Source: an uncultured Gammaproteobacteria bacterium
GTDB taxonomy: Bacteria > Patescibacteriota > Patescibacteriia > JACQRZ01
DNA: 64,000 nt
Assembly (NCBI GenBank): GCA_964621085.1
Contig: CAZUKY010000001.1
Coordinates: forward strand, 100,937-164,936
Direction: 5' to 3'
The notes below the pieces were generated by a model. It was given only the letters and a program-made list of their open reading frames with translations, did not search any database and was not told the origin of the DNA. This document shows, piece by piece, positions 1 through 8,173 of this stretch (position 1 is the stretch's first letter; every line of letters starts with the position of its first letter). Position numbers and translations under genes: made by a program.

Positions 1-160
1 GCTGCACCCAGCCCCCCGCTCGCTAAAAAACTCGCTTCAGGAGAAAAGCACATAGTAAAAAACTTTCATGATATTAGTAGTATATATGATAAAGGCTGGC
101 CGCGCGATGTGCACAGCCAGCCAGAACTCGTATTAAGGAATGTTGGAGGAATTGAAGGAA

Positions 161-523
161 CTATAGGAGAATATCGAGCCCCACGATCAGCTTCGGCTCC
201 GATTGCGTTTTCTCCGGATCCCAAAGCGGCGTCCAACTCCAGAGCCTTGCCGTCGGACTCGTAGGGATGAGGTTCAGGCCATCGCTGACCGGAACCTTGA
301 GCAGAGTGACTTGTGGCCCAATTCCGGAGAATCGGCGGTACTCCACGCCGATACTCAACCATTCCACCGCCTTCCAGGACGCAAGCGATCTGCCCCACCA
401 CCCCGATCCTCCATACTCCAGATCGGCATTCTTCGCGATATCTATCACAAGATAACGATTGCCCCGGTAGTGCTCGTACACCCGATTGCGCTGTACGGAG
501 GTTTCAAGTTTTGTATGTTGCAT
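161..523 (-). CDS. hypothetical protein, possibly DUF1653-like
   Basis: ORF 161..547; segment RVYEHYRGNRYLVIDIAKNAD resembles the DUF1653 core; the track start is a TTG, internal ATG at 523; weak. Confidence 0.3.
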   Translation of the reverse strand: MQHTKLETSVQRNRVYEHYRGNRYLVIDIAKNADLEYGGSGWWGRSLASWKAVEWLSIGVEYRRFSGIGPQVTLLKVPVSDGLNLIPTSPTARLWSWTPLWDPEKTQSEPKLIVGLDILL

Positions 524-586
524 ATAACTCAATAGTATCAGGGACAACTATACTGGTCTAGGGGGATTATTTTTTATATCCTATCG

Positions 587-1090
587 CTATTTCGACTCTC
601 CATGAAGCTCATCCCTGATCTCCATCCAAATCTTTCCTACCTCATTCCGGCCGCGCCCGTCTGTGCCATCGTCCCAGAATCCGTCTGCCTTCGGTCCGGT
701 GGTGATATGTTTGACGATGATACTGTCTCGTGACTCAAGCAATGCGCGGCGCACGTCCTCATGCTGCTCAAATTTTGTGCGACACAGTGCCTTCATCACC
801 TCGCGCTTGCGATCGGAAAAGTTTTGCAGCTGCCTCTGCTTATATGTCTGAGATATTTCCCATGCGCGATAAGGACTTCGCGCATTTTGAATCTCAGCGA
901 CTATATCCTGATCAACATATCGCTGGCAGTGATATGCATGTTCGACAGTCGGATACACCGATCCCTTATATTCGATCGCATGCGCCGAATAGGCGGAAAA
1001 GTATATCGCAAAAATTTCTACAGGGAGCGTACTCATATCAGATGTCGCCATTATGCCGTGTACCTTATGACTAGTCATATGCATAGTCAT
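587..1090 (-). CDS. NADAR-family protein (YbiA-like N-glycosidase, DUF1768)
   Basis: 167 aa; motifs YPTVEHAYHCQRY...SPYRAWEISQ...DGFWDDGTDGRGRNEVGKIWMEIRDEL match the NADAR/YbiA fold signature. Confidence 0.6.
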   Translation of the reverse strand: MTMHMTSHKVHGIMATSDMSTLPVEIFAIYFSAYSAHAIEYKGSVYPTVEHAYHCQRYVDQDIVAEIQNARSPYRAWEISQTYKQRQLQNFSDRKREVMKALCRTKFEQHEDVRRALLESRDSIIVKHITTGPKADGFWDDGTDGRGRNEVGKIWMEIRDELHGESK

Positions 1091-1165
1091 TCTATCGTTC
1101 GTATCATTTCGCGCAAGCCAATACTGAACAACGAATAGGAAATCATTTAAATATGTTCCTGGAAT

Positions 1166-1208
1166 TTTAAAAACACAAAACCCACCAAACGGTGGGTTCT
1201 ATGTTCTG
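1166..1208 (-). terminator. GC hairpin (cccacc-aaac-ggtggg) with T-rich tail on minus strand; near-copy of the hairpin found directly 3' of tRNA-Gln(CTG) at 41 kb
   Basis: about 45 nt, roughly 85% identical to 41004..41047 including the flanking gttctgc; no tRNA adjacent here. Confidence 0.4.
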
Positions 1209-1365
1209 CCTTTCCGATGGTTCAGCGACCTTCGAAATGCTGCTGCCGAACATAGTCCATCAATCGAAGAAGCTGAACCTCGACGAATTTAGTCGGCAAG
1301 CGACCCCTTGACCGCTTGCTAATTTTTTGCAAAGGTCATGTCGGACTACGGATGAGCTAGGGAAA

Positions 1366-1409
1366 TTTGCTAGTGACGCCGCTAGTGACGACTGGGAATC
1401 ACTAGCAAA
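1366..1409. repeat. inverted repeat ttgctagtga/tcactagcaa enclosing tandem 12-mers gctagtgacgcc-gctagtgacgac
   Basis: read directly from sequence; non-coding context. Confidence 0.55.
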
Positions 1410-1526
1410 AGATCTATTTCCCTTTATTCTACGATCCTTTCACCTGCCAAAAAACCGTGATTACTACGTTCACCAGAACAACACCTGAGCGCCAGTAGTA
1501 GTACTTTCGATATATTCAGCCATACC

Positions 1527-1650
1527 ATTCCCATACCTCCCAAGAACGGTTTTTTGGTCACCAAACCACCATCCTCATCCAACCCAAACCAAACACCACA
1601 TCCCAAAACCCCCAAACCCAGGAAACACCCCATCCATCCAGACCAACCCT
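1527..1650. repeat. C/A-rich low-complexity tract (ccaaacc/acccc units) followed by a G/A-rich tract to about 1700
   Basis: composition strikingly unlike the rest of the window; no credible ORF. Confidence 0.5.
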
Positions 1651-1798
1651 AGAGGAGTCCGGCAGACGGGAGAGGAGGACGGAGGTGAAAGGGGTTTTGA
1701 TGAACTGTTATTTAGAATCCATTCTTACCCCTCCCTGCCCGTGCGCGAATGGATAGCTAAGGTATTTTTACTCCCTGGATTGAAAAAACCGGGCAATC

Positions 1799-2122
1799 GT
1801 GACTAAATACATTTGGCAATGGTTGAGAAATGGAGGTGTTTCAATGACCGTAGCCTGGAATCCCAAACTCGCAGCCCGACTGACTGGATTCCTCGCCGCC
1901 ATCGCGTTCATGTTCGTCGCCCCAATCGTCATGCTCTATTCCTTCAACGTTTTGGGCGTGACGGGTGCCGCCCTTTTGGGTGGTGCCATGGGTAAGTATG
2001 CCGAAGAGGCAAACGAGCATGATCCAGGCTTCGAGGTCTTCAACTGGATATGCTGCCTGTCGGCAACGGCCGGCACGGGCTTCGCTCTGGCTAGCCCACA
2101 TCTACGGCAGCTTCCCACCTAG
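1799..2122 (+). CDS. hypothetical small membrane protein (2 predicted TM helices)
   Basis: 107-aa ORF, hydrophobic segments LTGFLAAIAFMFVAPIVMLY and GVTGAALLGGAMG; inside the anomalous insert. Confidence 0.3.
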   Translation: MTKYIWQWLRNGGVSMTVAWNPKLAARLTGFLAAIAFMFVAPIVMLYSFNVLGVTGAALLGGAMGKYAEEANEHDPGFEVFNWICCLSATAGTGFALASPHLRQLPT

Positions 2123-2226
2123 TCAGCCGTCATGGGCGGAAAACCCACTTCTCGGACTTGCAGTGATCCCTCTCTACATGGCGTTTTACAGGCTGGCACG
2201 ATACTTCAATTCGCAGGAGGTCTGAA

Positions 2227-2553
2227 ATGAAGCTGAAGTTCTTAGCGGGAGCGCTTGGGCTCCTCTGCTACTCTGTAGTGATCCTCTTCTGTGGGGTTGG
2301 CATCGGGATGATCGACGGAATCGTCCGGATGGAAGGTCGCCCCATGGATCTCACCAGTATGCCATCGATTACCAACTTCAAGGAGCGAGACTTCATCGTT
2401 AATCGTGCCGATTGCGCTCGCGGCGAGGCGTTGATCTCGCGGAAGACAAAGCCAAACGAGTGGATTTACGTCAAGCTACCGAAAGACTTGGCGTGCGTCC
2501 CTCAGGCGCGGCTCGTGACCGTTCGTTCGAATACCGATATCCGTATGCAATGA
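2227..2553 (+). CDS. hypothetical small secreted/membrane-anchored protein
   Basis: 108-aa ORF with N-terminal hydrophobic signal-like segment; 104 nt after the previous ORF. Confidence 0.3.
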   Translation: MKLKFLAGALGLLCYSVVILFCGVGIGMIDGIVRMEGRPMDLTSMPSITNFKERDFIVNRADCARGEALISRKTKPNEWIYVKLPKDLACVPQARLVTVRSNTDIRMQ

Positions 2554-2657
2554 GTTACGAGATCCACGCAACTGCTCTTTGGCCGCCCAAACTTTCAAAG
2601 CCGGGCGGCCACTTTATTTTCAAAAATCTGGCCTGGACTCGAACCAAAAAAATCTCG

Positions 2658-2987
2658 CTAGCTTTTATACACTGAGCGCTTATTCGCTCTTCCTGCTAAA
2701 ATCCAGATTTTCATCTCAACAACCACAGAAAGAAAAACGCCGGGAACGGAACTATCAATTCTCAATTTGGTATTCTGTGAATGATACCAAATGCAATTAT
2801 ATTTTTCGTCAATCTCAATTTGAGTATTTTTCTTTACATACACATCATTTCCCATGCCGCCATAGAAACTCACAAAAAGATCGGCATTTTGAGTAATTCG
2901 CTCAGACACGACATTGAAGACTTGTTCATCTAATTCGATATTGGTTTCATGGGTAATCAAAGTATTTTCATTCTTTAGTGTATACAT
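2658..2987 (-). CDS. AT-rich hypothetical ORF, possible gene remnant
   Basis: the frame stays open upstream to a stop at 3096..3098 with no alternative start codon, so this may be a truncated or decayed gene; AT-rich unlike its neighbours. Confidence 0.25.
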   Translation of the reverse strand: MYTLKNENTLITHETNIELDEQVFNVVSERITQNADLFVSFYGGMGNDVYVKKNTQIEIDEKYNCIWYHSQNTKLRIDSSVPGVFLSVVVEMKIWILAGRANKRSVYKS

Positions 2988-3232
2988 AAGAATTCCGCCC
3001 TCAAAACGCGGAAAGGCATCGAGAAGAATATTTTCGCCAAAGGAGCCGTTGAAAAAATAGTATATGCCCCCGACGTTATTAAAATTTCCTTTTTGTTAAA
3101 AGATAATTCAGCGCTTGCGCTCGACGGAAAAAATTATGCCCCCGATCGTGCGATTGGTAAAAATGGGGATTTGTCCGAATACGAAAATCCGCCCCTTTTG
3201 AGAGAGACGGAAGTTCGTTCTTGTTTCCAATC

Positions 3233-3303
3233 CTGCGGGACTAGGATTCGAACCTAGATAGGGAGCTTCAAAGGCTCCTGTCCTGCCATTAGACGATCCC
3301 GCA
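3233..3303 (-). tRNA. tRNA-Gln (anticodon TTG)
   Basis: manual fold: acceptor TGCGGGA/TCCCGCA, U8, D-arm with GG, anticodon stem GGAGC/GCTCC, loop CTTTGAA, T-arm CTAGG-TTCGAAT-CCTAG, discriminator G. Confidence 0.85.
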
Positions 3304-3355
3304 TTAAAAAAAGAATGGCTCATACACCACTCTTCTTTTGTTGGTGCGGTAGCTA

Positions 3356-4276
3356 TTATACCCTCAAATACCGCCCCATGGCAAGGGTTGTCGAGAGCAT
3401 AGAAAGCACGACTGCAGCCATGAGTTGGTACCCGAAAATTCTAATGAAATTATCATTGAAGTAGCCGAGCACATCAAGCCCTTGTCCGGCAAAAAAAGTG
3501 CTGGCAAACGGTTGAATGAAGCTGAGAATCGGGAAGAAGATCAAAATAGTCAGTCCGATGGCGCAGACACTGTAGAGCACTCCCTCGATCAAGAGTGGCC
3601 AGCGGATAAACGAGTTTGTTGCGCCCACAAGTTTCATAATCCCAATCTCCCGCCGGCGCGAGTAAATGGTTACCCGGATTGTATTGAAAATGATGAGCAC
3701 GGCAATGATTGCGAAAACCCCGTTGACGGCCAGTCCGGCTGCCTGCACATTTTCTTTCAAGCGATTGATCTTTGCGATAAGAATATCGCGATCCTTTACG
3801 TCTTTTTTTTCGATGATATTCGCATATTGCGATGCATCAATGAGGCGGTTGAGTGCCGGATAGTCTTCTATCGAGCGGGCGCGGAGCGTGAGCGAGGCGG
3901 CAAGCGGATTCGACTCAAGCTCTGCCAAGGACTCCTTAATCAGCGGGTTGCCCTCTCGATCATAGCGCTCTTTCAGCCGCTCGAGTGCGGCGTCGCGTGT
4001 AATGTATTCTGATTCCGTAACAAGTCCGGATTTGGATAGATCGTCCTTAAGCGCGAGAATGTCTTTTTCCGCTGCGTTTTGCTTGAAATAAATCGTGATA
4101 TTGACTCGCTCTTCGATTGCCGCAAGGGAGGTGTCTAAGAAAAGATTGCCGAGCAGAAAAACATTCACAGACAAAAAAGCAAGCATGATGATAAAAATAG
4201 TCACCATGGAAAGCCAGAAGTTGCGCCAAAAGTTCTGGAACGCGAAGTGAAAAACGCGAAAAAACGAGTGAAGCAT
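3356..4276 (-). CDS. ftsX: cell division permease FtsX
   Basis: 306 aa, 4 TM topology with a large periplasmic loop; directly downstream of ftsE. Confidence 0.85.
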   Translation of the reverse strand: MLHSFFRVFHFAFQNFWRNFWLSMVTIFIIMLAFLSVNVFLLGNLFLDTSLAAIEERVNITIYFKQNAAEKDILALKDDLSKSGLVTESEYITRDAALERLKERYDREGNPLIKESLAELESNPLAASLTLRARSIEDYPALNRLIDASQYANIIEKKDVKDRDILIAKINRLKENVQAAGLAVNGVFAIIAVLIIFNTIRVTIYSRRREIGIMKLVGATNSFIRWPLLIEGVLYSVCAIGLTILIFFPILSFIQPFASTFFAGQGLDVLGYFNDNFIRIFGYQLMAAVVLSMLSTTLAMGRYLRV

Positions 4277-4291
4277 GGGTCGAAAAATAAG

Positions 4292-4972
4292 CTAGATGAA
4301 ATATTTTCCGTGATGCCGATCAGCGGTTACGGTGCCGTCCTTGAGCGTGACGACGCGGCGCTTCATCATGTTCACAACCTCCCGGTTGTGCGTAACGCAT
4401 AGGATCGTCGTGCCGAGACTATTGATCTTCTCCAAGATATCGACGATACTCTTTGTCGTTATCGAATCCAGGTCACCCGTCGGCTCGTCTGCGATCAGAA
4501 TCTTCGGGCGATGAACCAGGGCGCGGGCGATCGCTGCGCGCTGCTGCTCGCCGCCGGAAAGCTGGCGCGGATAGCGGTCGGCCATCTCTTCCAGGCCGAC
4601 AATCGAGAGCACTTGCGGGACGACTTCCCTCACCTTGCGCCCCGACTCTCCGCACACCTCAAGCGCAAATGCCACGTTTTCGCCAACCGTTTTTTTGTCG
4701 AGCAGTTTGAAGTCCTGATACACGACACCGATCTGACGGCGCAGCTGAGGTATCTCGCGTCGGCGAATGCGCGCGATGTCCCAATCGCCAATGAGGACCT
4801 TGCCATCCGACGGCCGTTCCTCGGCGGTCAAGAGGCGGACGATCGTGCTTTTGCCTGCACCGCTCTGGCCAACAAGAAAAACGAACTCGCCGGCGGGAAT
4901 GTGCAGACTGACGTCTTTCAACGCCTCGATCGACGGATGGTACTGCTTTGAAACATTCTCAAGCGTGATCAT
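4292..4972 (-). CDS. ftsE: cell division ATP-binding protein FtsE (ABC ATPase)
   Basis: Walker A GQSGAGKST, ABC signature LSGGEQQR, Walker B ILIADEPT. Confidence 0.9.
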   Translation of the reverse strand: MITLENVSKQYHPSIEALKDVSLHIPAGEFVFLVGQSGAGKSTIVRLLTAEERPSDGKVLIGDWDIARIRRREIPQLRRQIGVVYQDFKLLDKKTVGENVAFALEVCGESGRKVREVVPQVLSIVGLEEMADRYPRQLSGGEQQRAAIARALVHRPKILIADEPTGDLDSITTKSIVDILEKINSLGTTILCVTHNREVVNMMKRRVVTLKDGTVTADRHHGKYFI

Positions 4973-5622
4973 TTTGATTTCTCATCAAGCATCTCTAGTG
5001 TAACACGAATCAATCCCGCTCTCAAATTGCCAAGCTGTGCAAATCCCTGCTTCTCGATATCGACGATCCGGCGCGGATCCGTCTGCGTCCAGGTTGAGGT
5101 GATTTTCGTCTGAAGCGTCTTGCCGTTTTCGATATTCGTTATCTTTACGGGCGTGCCGAGTGGAAAGAGGTTCGTTGCCGCTCCGGCCGGAGTTTTCGGA
5201 TGCGCATACCAGCTACCGATGCCTTCATACACGACACTGTCTTCGGTAAGCACAGTCACAATTTCAGCCTGATGAATATCGAGTTCAAAGGTCTTTGCCA
5301 CGCGGTTCATAACGCTTTGGCGTTTTTCCCATTCGCGAGCCTCTTCGTTCCAAACATACGCGAATGGACGGTAACGGGTATCTTTATACGGCAGACGAAC
5401 AGTTACTTTTCCGCTTCCGCGATACTGGCAGGCGGCGCTCAGACGGAGAAAGCCATTCGGAACGGGCAAAAATGCGTCCACCAAGATATCGTCAATGACA
5501 TATACTTCATAGCCGCTGCCTTTCGAGACAAAGTCGCAGGAACCGCTGCCCCTCTCTTGCGCAGACGCAGCAGATGGTATAAGGAGGAACGCAAGAGCGA
5601 TTGACACGGCGATTTTTTGCAT
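4969..5622 (-). CDS. secreted RlpA-like double-psi beta-barrel (DPBB) protein
   Basis: true start MQKIAVSIALAFLL (signal peptide) at 5622; C-terminal GSWY...PLGTPVKITNIENGK...RIVDI matches the RlpA DPBB; overlaps ftsE by 4 nt (ATGA). The track ORF extends to 5808 only by reading through the antisense of tRNA-Gly. Confidence 0.55.
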   Translation of the reverse strand: MQKIAVSIALAFLLIPSAASAQERGSGSCDFVSKGSGYEVYVIDDILVDAFLPVPNGFLRLSAACQYRGSGKVTVRLPYKDTRYRPFAYVWNEEAREWEKRQSVMNRVAKTFELDIHQAEIVTVLTEDSVVYEGIGSWYAHPKTPAGAATNLFPLGTPVKITNIENGKTLQTKITSTWTQTDPRRIVDIEKQGFAQLGNLRAGLIRVTLEMLDEKSK

Positions 5623-5643
5623 ATATGGTGGGTAATGAAATTC

Positions 5644-5714
5644 GCGGGTATAGTATAATGGCAGTACATTTGCTTCCCAAGCAAAGGGCACGGGTTCGAT
5701 TCCCGTTACCCGCT
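5644..5714 (+). tRNA. tRNA-Gly (anticodon CCC)
   Basis: manual fold: acceptor GCGGGTA/TACCCGC, anticodon stem TTTGC/GCAAA, loop TTCCCAA, T-arm ACGGG-TTCGATT-CCCGT. Confidence 0.85.
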
Positions 5715-5838
5715 TTTGAAAAGTGGGTTCGATAGCCGAGGATAGCGAGAGAAATGCGAGCCATCGCATTTCCGAGCGACGCAGGACTGCCCAGAGGGCT
5801 ATTCCCATCGTCCGCTTTGAAAAAGTGGGTTCGCTGGA
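5710..5838 (+). repeat. direct repeat of the tRNA-Gly 3' end plus flank (ccgcttttgaaaagtgggttcgatag / ccgctttgaaaaagtgggttcgctgg) about 100 bp apart, with palindrome gaaatgcg-agccat-cgcatttc (5751..5772) between
   Basis: read directly from sequence. Confidence 0.5.
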
Positions 5839-5861
5839 TAGTTTAGCATATTTTTGAAACT

Positions 5862-5889
5862 CAAAAAACTCCCTTTGCGGAGTTTTTTG
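5862..5889. terminator. bidirectional rho-independent terminator (A6-actcc-ctttgc-ggagt-T6) between tRNA-Gly(+) and pyrG(-)
   Basis: stem-loop flanked by A-run and T-run. Confidence 0.6.
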
Positions 5890-5901
5890 ATTGTTGGAGG
5901 T

Positions 5902-7611
5902 CTACGGACTTTTTTGCGTTACGGCCATGTGCGTCGAGATAGTGTCTGCCCAGGCGCTGCGCTCGATGGCCGCTTTTACAAACGCAAGGAAGAGAGGATG
6001 CGGGTCGTGCGGTCGGGAAAGAAATTCCGGATGAAACTGCGTTCCCACAAACCACGGATGGTTTTCAAGCTCGATGATTTCAACGAGATTGTCGCGCTCG
6101 TTTATGCCAGCAAAACGCATACCGGCCTTCTCTAACGGATCACGATAGGCATTATTGAACTCGAACCGGTGGCGATGCCGCTCCATCACCGTATCGCGCT
6201 TATACGCGCGGTAGCTGAGCGAGTCTCGGCGCAGTGCGCACGGGTATGCGCCCAGACGCATTGTCGCTCCCATTTTTTTGTTCTTGATGTTCTGCTGCTG
6301 CTTCGGATTCGCGCAAATGACAAGGTCGGGTGCGTTCGGATTTATTTCTGCCGTGTGCGCGCCCGTGAATCCGGCAACAGTGCGGGCGAACTCGATTGTC
6401 GCTAACTGCATGCCGTAACAGAGGCCGAAAAACGGAATGCGGTTTTCGCGGACAAAACGGATCGCTTCCAGGACGCCGTCGATTCCCCGCGAGCCAAAGC
6501 CGCCAGGTACAATGATGCCGTCGAAAGCGGATAATTCTGAGAGTCGCTGCGGATGTTTCTCAAAATTTTCCGAGTCGATCCATGTCAGGTGCGGCTTGAC
6601 GCCAAGTGCCCATGCGGCGTGTTTTGCGGCCTCGATAACGGAAATGTAGGAGTCGGCAAGGGTGAAATCGCCAGTGCCGAAGTATTTGCCGACAATGCCG
6701 ATATCCAGCGTCTGTTCGCACTTTCGTATGCGACGCGACAATGCCCGCCAGGGACGCATATTGCTCTTGCGCGCGCGCAAACCGAGCGCTGCCAATACAT
6801 GGGCGTCGAATTTCTGCTCGTGAAACAGAAGCGGCACATGGTAAATCGATTCCTGGTCCGGCGCAGCGACGACCGTCTCGGGACGGAGATTGCAAACGGT
6901 CGCCAGAATCTCCCGGCGACGGTTGTCGAGCGCGCGCTCTCCGCGCGCAACGATGAAATCGGCCTGGATACCTGCCGCGTTCAGCGTACGCATGGCATAC
7001 TGGGTCGGTTTTGTTTTCATCTCGCCGATGTGTCCGGGCAGCGGCAGATAACTTACAAGGACAAATGCGACGTCATCGGGTTGCCGTACCTTCATAATGC
7101 GCGCAGCCTCCAAAAACAAGAGGACCTGGTACTCCCCGACCGTCCCGCCGAACTCGACAACCGTTACTTCCGCATCGCTTTTTTGCTGGGCACGCCTGAT
7201 GCGGCGAATGATTTCATCCGGGACATCGGGCACCACCTCGACATCTTCCCCGCCGTATTCCAGATTCCGCTCACGCCGAATAACCTCTTGATAGACCTGG
7301 CCGGTCGTCACGTAATTGACCGCGGTCATCGCGTTGCCGGTGAACCGTTCGTAATTGCCAAGATCCTGGTCGGCCTCGATGCCGTCATCGCCAATAAACA
7401 CCTCTCCATGCTCAGTCGGCCGAATTGTGCCGGCGTCGATATTCACATACATGTCACACTTGATATTCGTCACCCGAAACCCGGCAGCCTGCACAATCGC
7501 TGCAATGGAGGCTGAGGTGATACCCTTGCCGACTGATGACATGACGCCGCCGATTACAAAGATGTATTTCGGTCGCTTTCGCTTCGAGCGCATTTTCTCC
7601 CTTGCATTCAT
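5902..7611 (-). CDS. pyrG: CTP synthase
   Basis: 569 aa; N-terminal KYIFVIGGVMSSVGKGI, C-terminal glutamine amidotransferase domain (GLCYGMQ, HRHRFEFN). Confidence 0.9.
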   Translation of the reverse strand: MNAREKMRSKRKRPKYIFVIGGVMSSVGKGITSASIAAIVQAAGFRVTNIKCDMYVNIDAGTIRPTEHGEVFIGDDGIEADQDLGNYERFTGNAMTAVNYVTTGQVYQEVIRRERNLEYGGEDVEVVPDVPDEIIRRIRRAQQKSDAEVTVVEFGGTVGEYQVLLFLEAARIMKVRQPDDVAFVLVSYLPLPGHIGEMKTKPTQYAMRTLNAAGIQADFIVARGERALDNRRREILATVCNLRPETVVAAPDQESIYHVPLLFHEQKFDAHVLAALGLRARKSNMRPWRALSRRIRKCEQTLDIGIVGKYFGTGDFTLADSYISVIEAAKHAAWALGVKPHLTWIDSENFEKHPQRLSELSAFDGIIVPGGFGSRGIDGVLEAIRFVRENRIPFFGLCYGMQLATIEFARTVAGFTGAHTAEINPNAPDLVICANPKQQQNIKNKKMGATMRLGAYPCALRRDSLSYRAYKRDTVMERHRHRFEFNNAYRDPLEKAGMRFAGINERDNLVEIIELENHPWFVGTQFHPEFLSRPHDPHPLFLAFVKAAIERSAWADTISTHMAVTQKSP

Positions 7612-7622
7612 GGAAAAATTTG

Positions 7623-7871
7623 CTAAAATCCGGGATACCCTTTTGTTTTGAGATATGCCGCGATCTGATCTGCATCGGAGTCGGCAAGGATTTCTCCGTC
7701 AATATCGAGTGTTGGCGTCAGAGTTTGGCCGGATTTGCTAACCAACTCGTCGAAATAGGCGGGATTGCTCCGCACTTCCCGCTCATCAAAAGGAACATTC
7801 TTTGCAACGAGAAGTGCGCGCGCCTCATCGCACCATGGACAACCCGACTTGGTATACATGATAATCGCCAT
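7623..7871 (-). CDS. glutaredoxin-like protein (NrdH/Grx family)
   Basis: 82 aa with CPWC active-site motif near the N-terminus, thioredoxin-fold length. Confidence 0.7.
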   Translation of the reverse strand: MAIIMYTKSGCPWCDEARALLVAKNVPFDEREVRSNPAYFDELVSKSGQTLTPTLDIDGEILADSDADQIAAYLKTKGYPGF

Positions 7872-7883
7872 ACGTAAGAATTT

Positions 7884-7910
7884 GCCAGCGTAGCTGAGTT
7901 GGTAGCTCGC
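7884..7910 (+). pseudogene. tRNA-Thr 5'-half remnant (acceptor plus D-arm only)
   Basis: gccagcgtagctgagttggtagctcgc is 24/27 identical to the 5' end of the intact tRNA-Thr 87 bp downstream; no anticodon or T arm follows. Confidence 0.4.
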
Positions 7911-7970
7911 ACCACCAGGTGCTCACGCGTGCTCTATTAACATCTGATCGTTTTTCCCAAGCCTCCTTGC

Positions 7971-8043
7971 GCCAGCGTAGCTCAGTTGGTAGAGCAATGC
8001 TTTCGTAAAGCAGAGGTCGTGGGTTCGAGTCCCACCGTTGGCT
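7971..8043 (+). tRNA. tRNA-Thr (anticodon CGT)
   Basis: manual fold: acceptor GCCAGCG/CGTTGGC, D-arm GCTC-AGTTGGTA-GAGC, anticodon loop TTCGTAA, T-arm GTGGG-TTCGAGT-CCCAC. Confidence 0.85.
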
Positions 8044-8117
8044 TGGGAAAAACGCTCAGATGGGGCTAACGTACGCGCAGAGGCTGCCCGCAGGACCAAT
8101 CTCGCCGTTGGCTCCAG

Positions 8118-8150
8118 GAAAAAAGTCATTCGCACGAATGACTTTTTTCT
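8118..8150. terminator. bidirectional terminator (A-run, agtcattcg-cac-cgaatgact, T-run)
   Basis: between tRNA-Thr(+) and the ftsB-like gene(-). Confidence 0.6.
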
Positions 8151-8173
8151 ATTGCGCTATGTCCACTCTACCA

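Noticed and set aside
1640-1790. RNase P RNA-like motif (gaggagtccgg ... aaccgggcaa)
   Set aside because: The span is too short (about 125 nt), and the GGGCUCC and other universally conserved P4/J-region nucleotides are absent.
5623-5808. The N-terminal 62 codons of track ORF 4969..5808 (-)
   Set aside because: This stretch is the antisense translation of tRNA-Gly(CCC) and its flank. The real RlpA-like protein starts at the signal peptide MQKIAVS (5622).
7884-7950. A possible second full tRNA upstream of tRNA-Thr
   Set aside because: Only the acceptor 5' strand and D-arm are present. The would-be anticodon hairpin has a 4-nt loop and there is no T-arm, so I treat it as a fragment.
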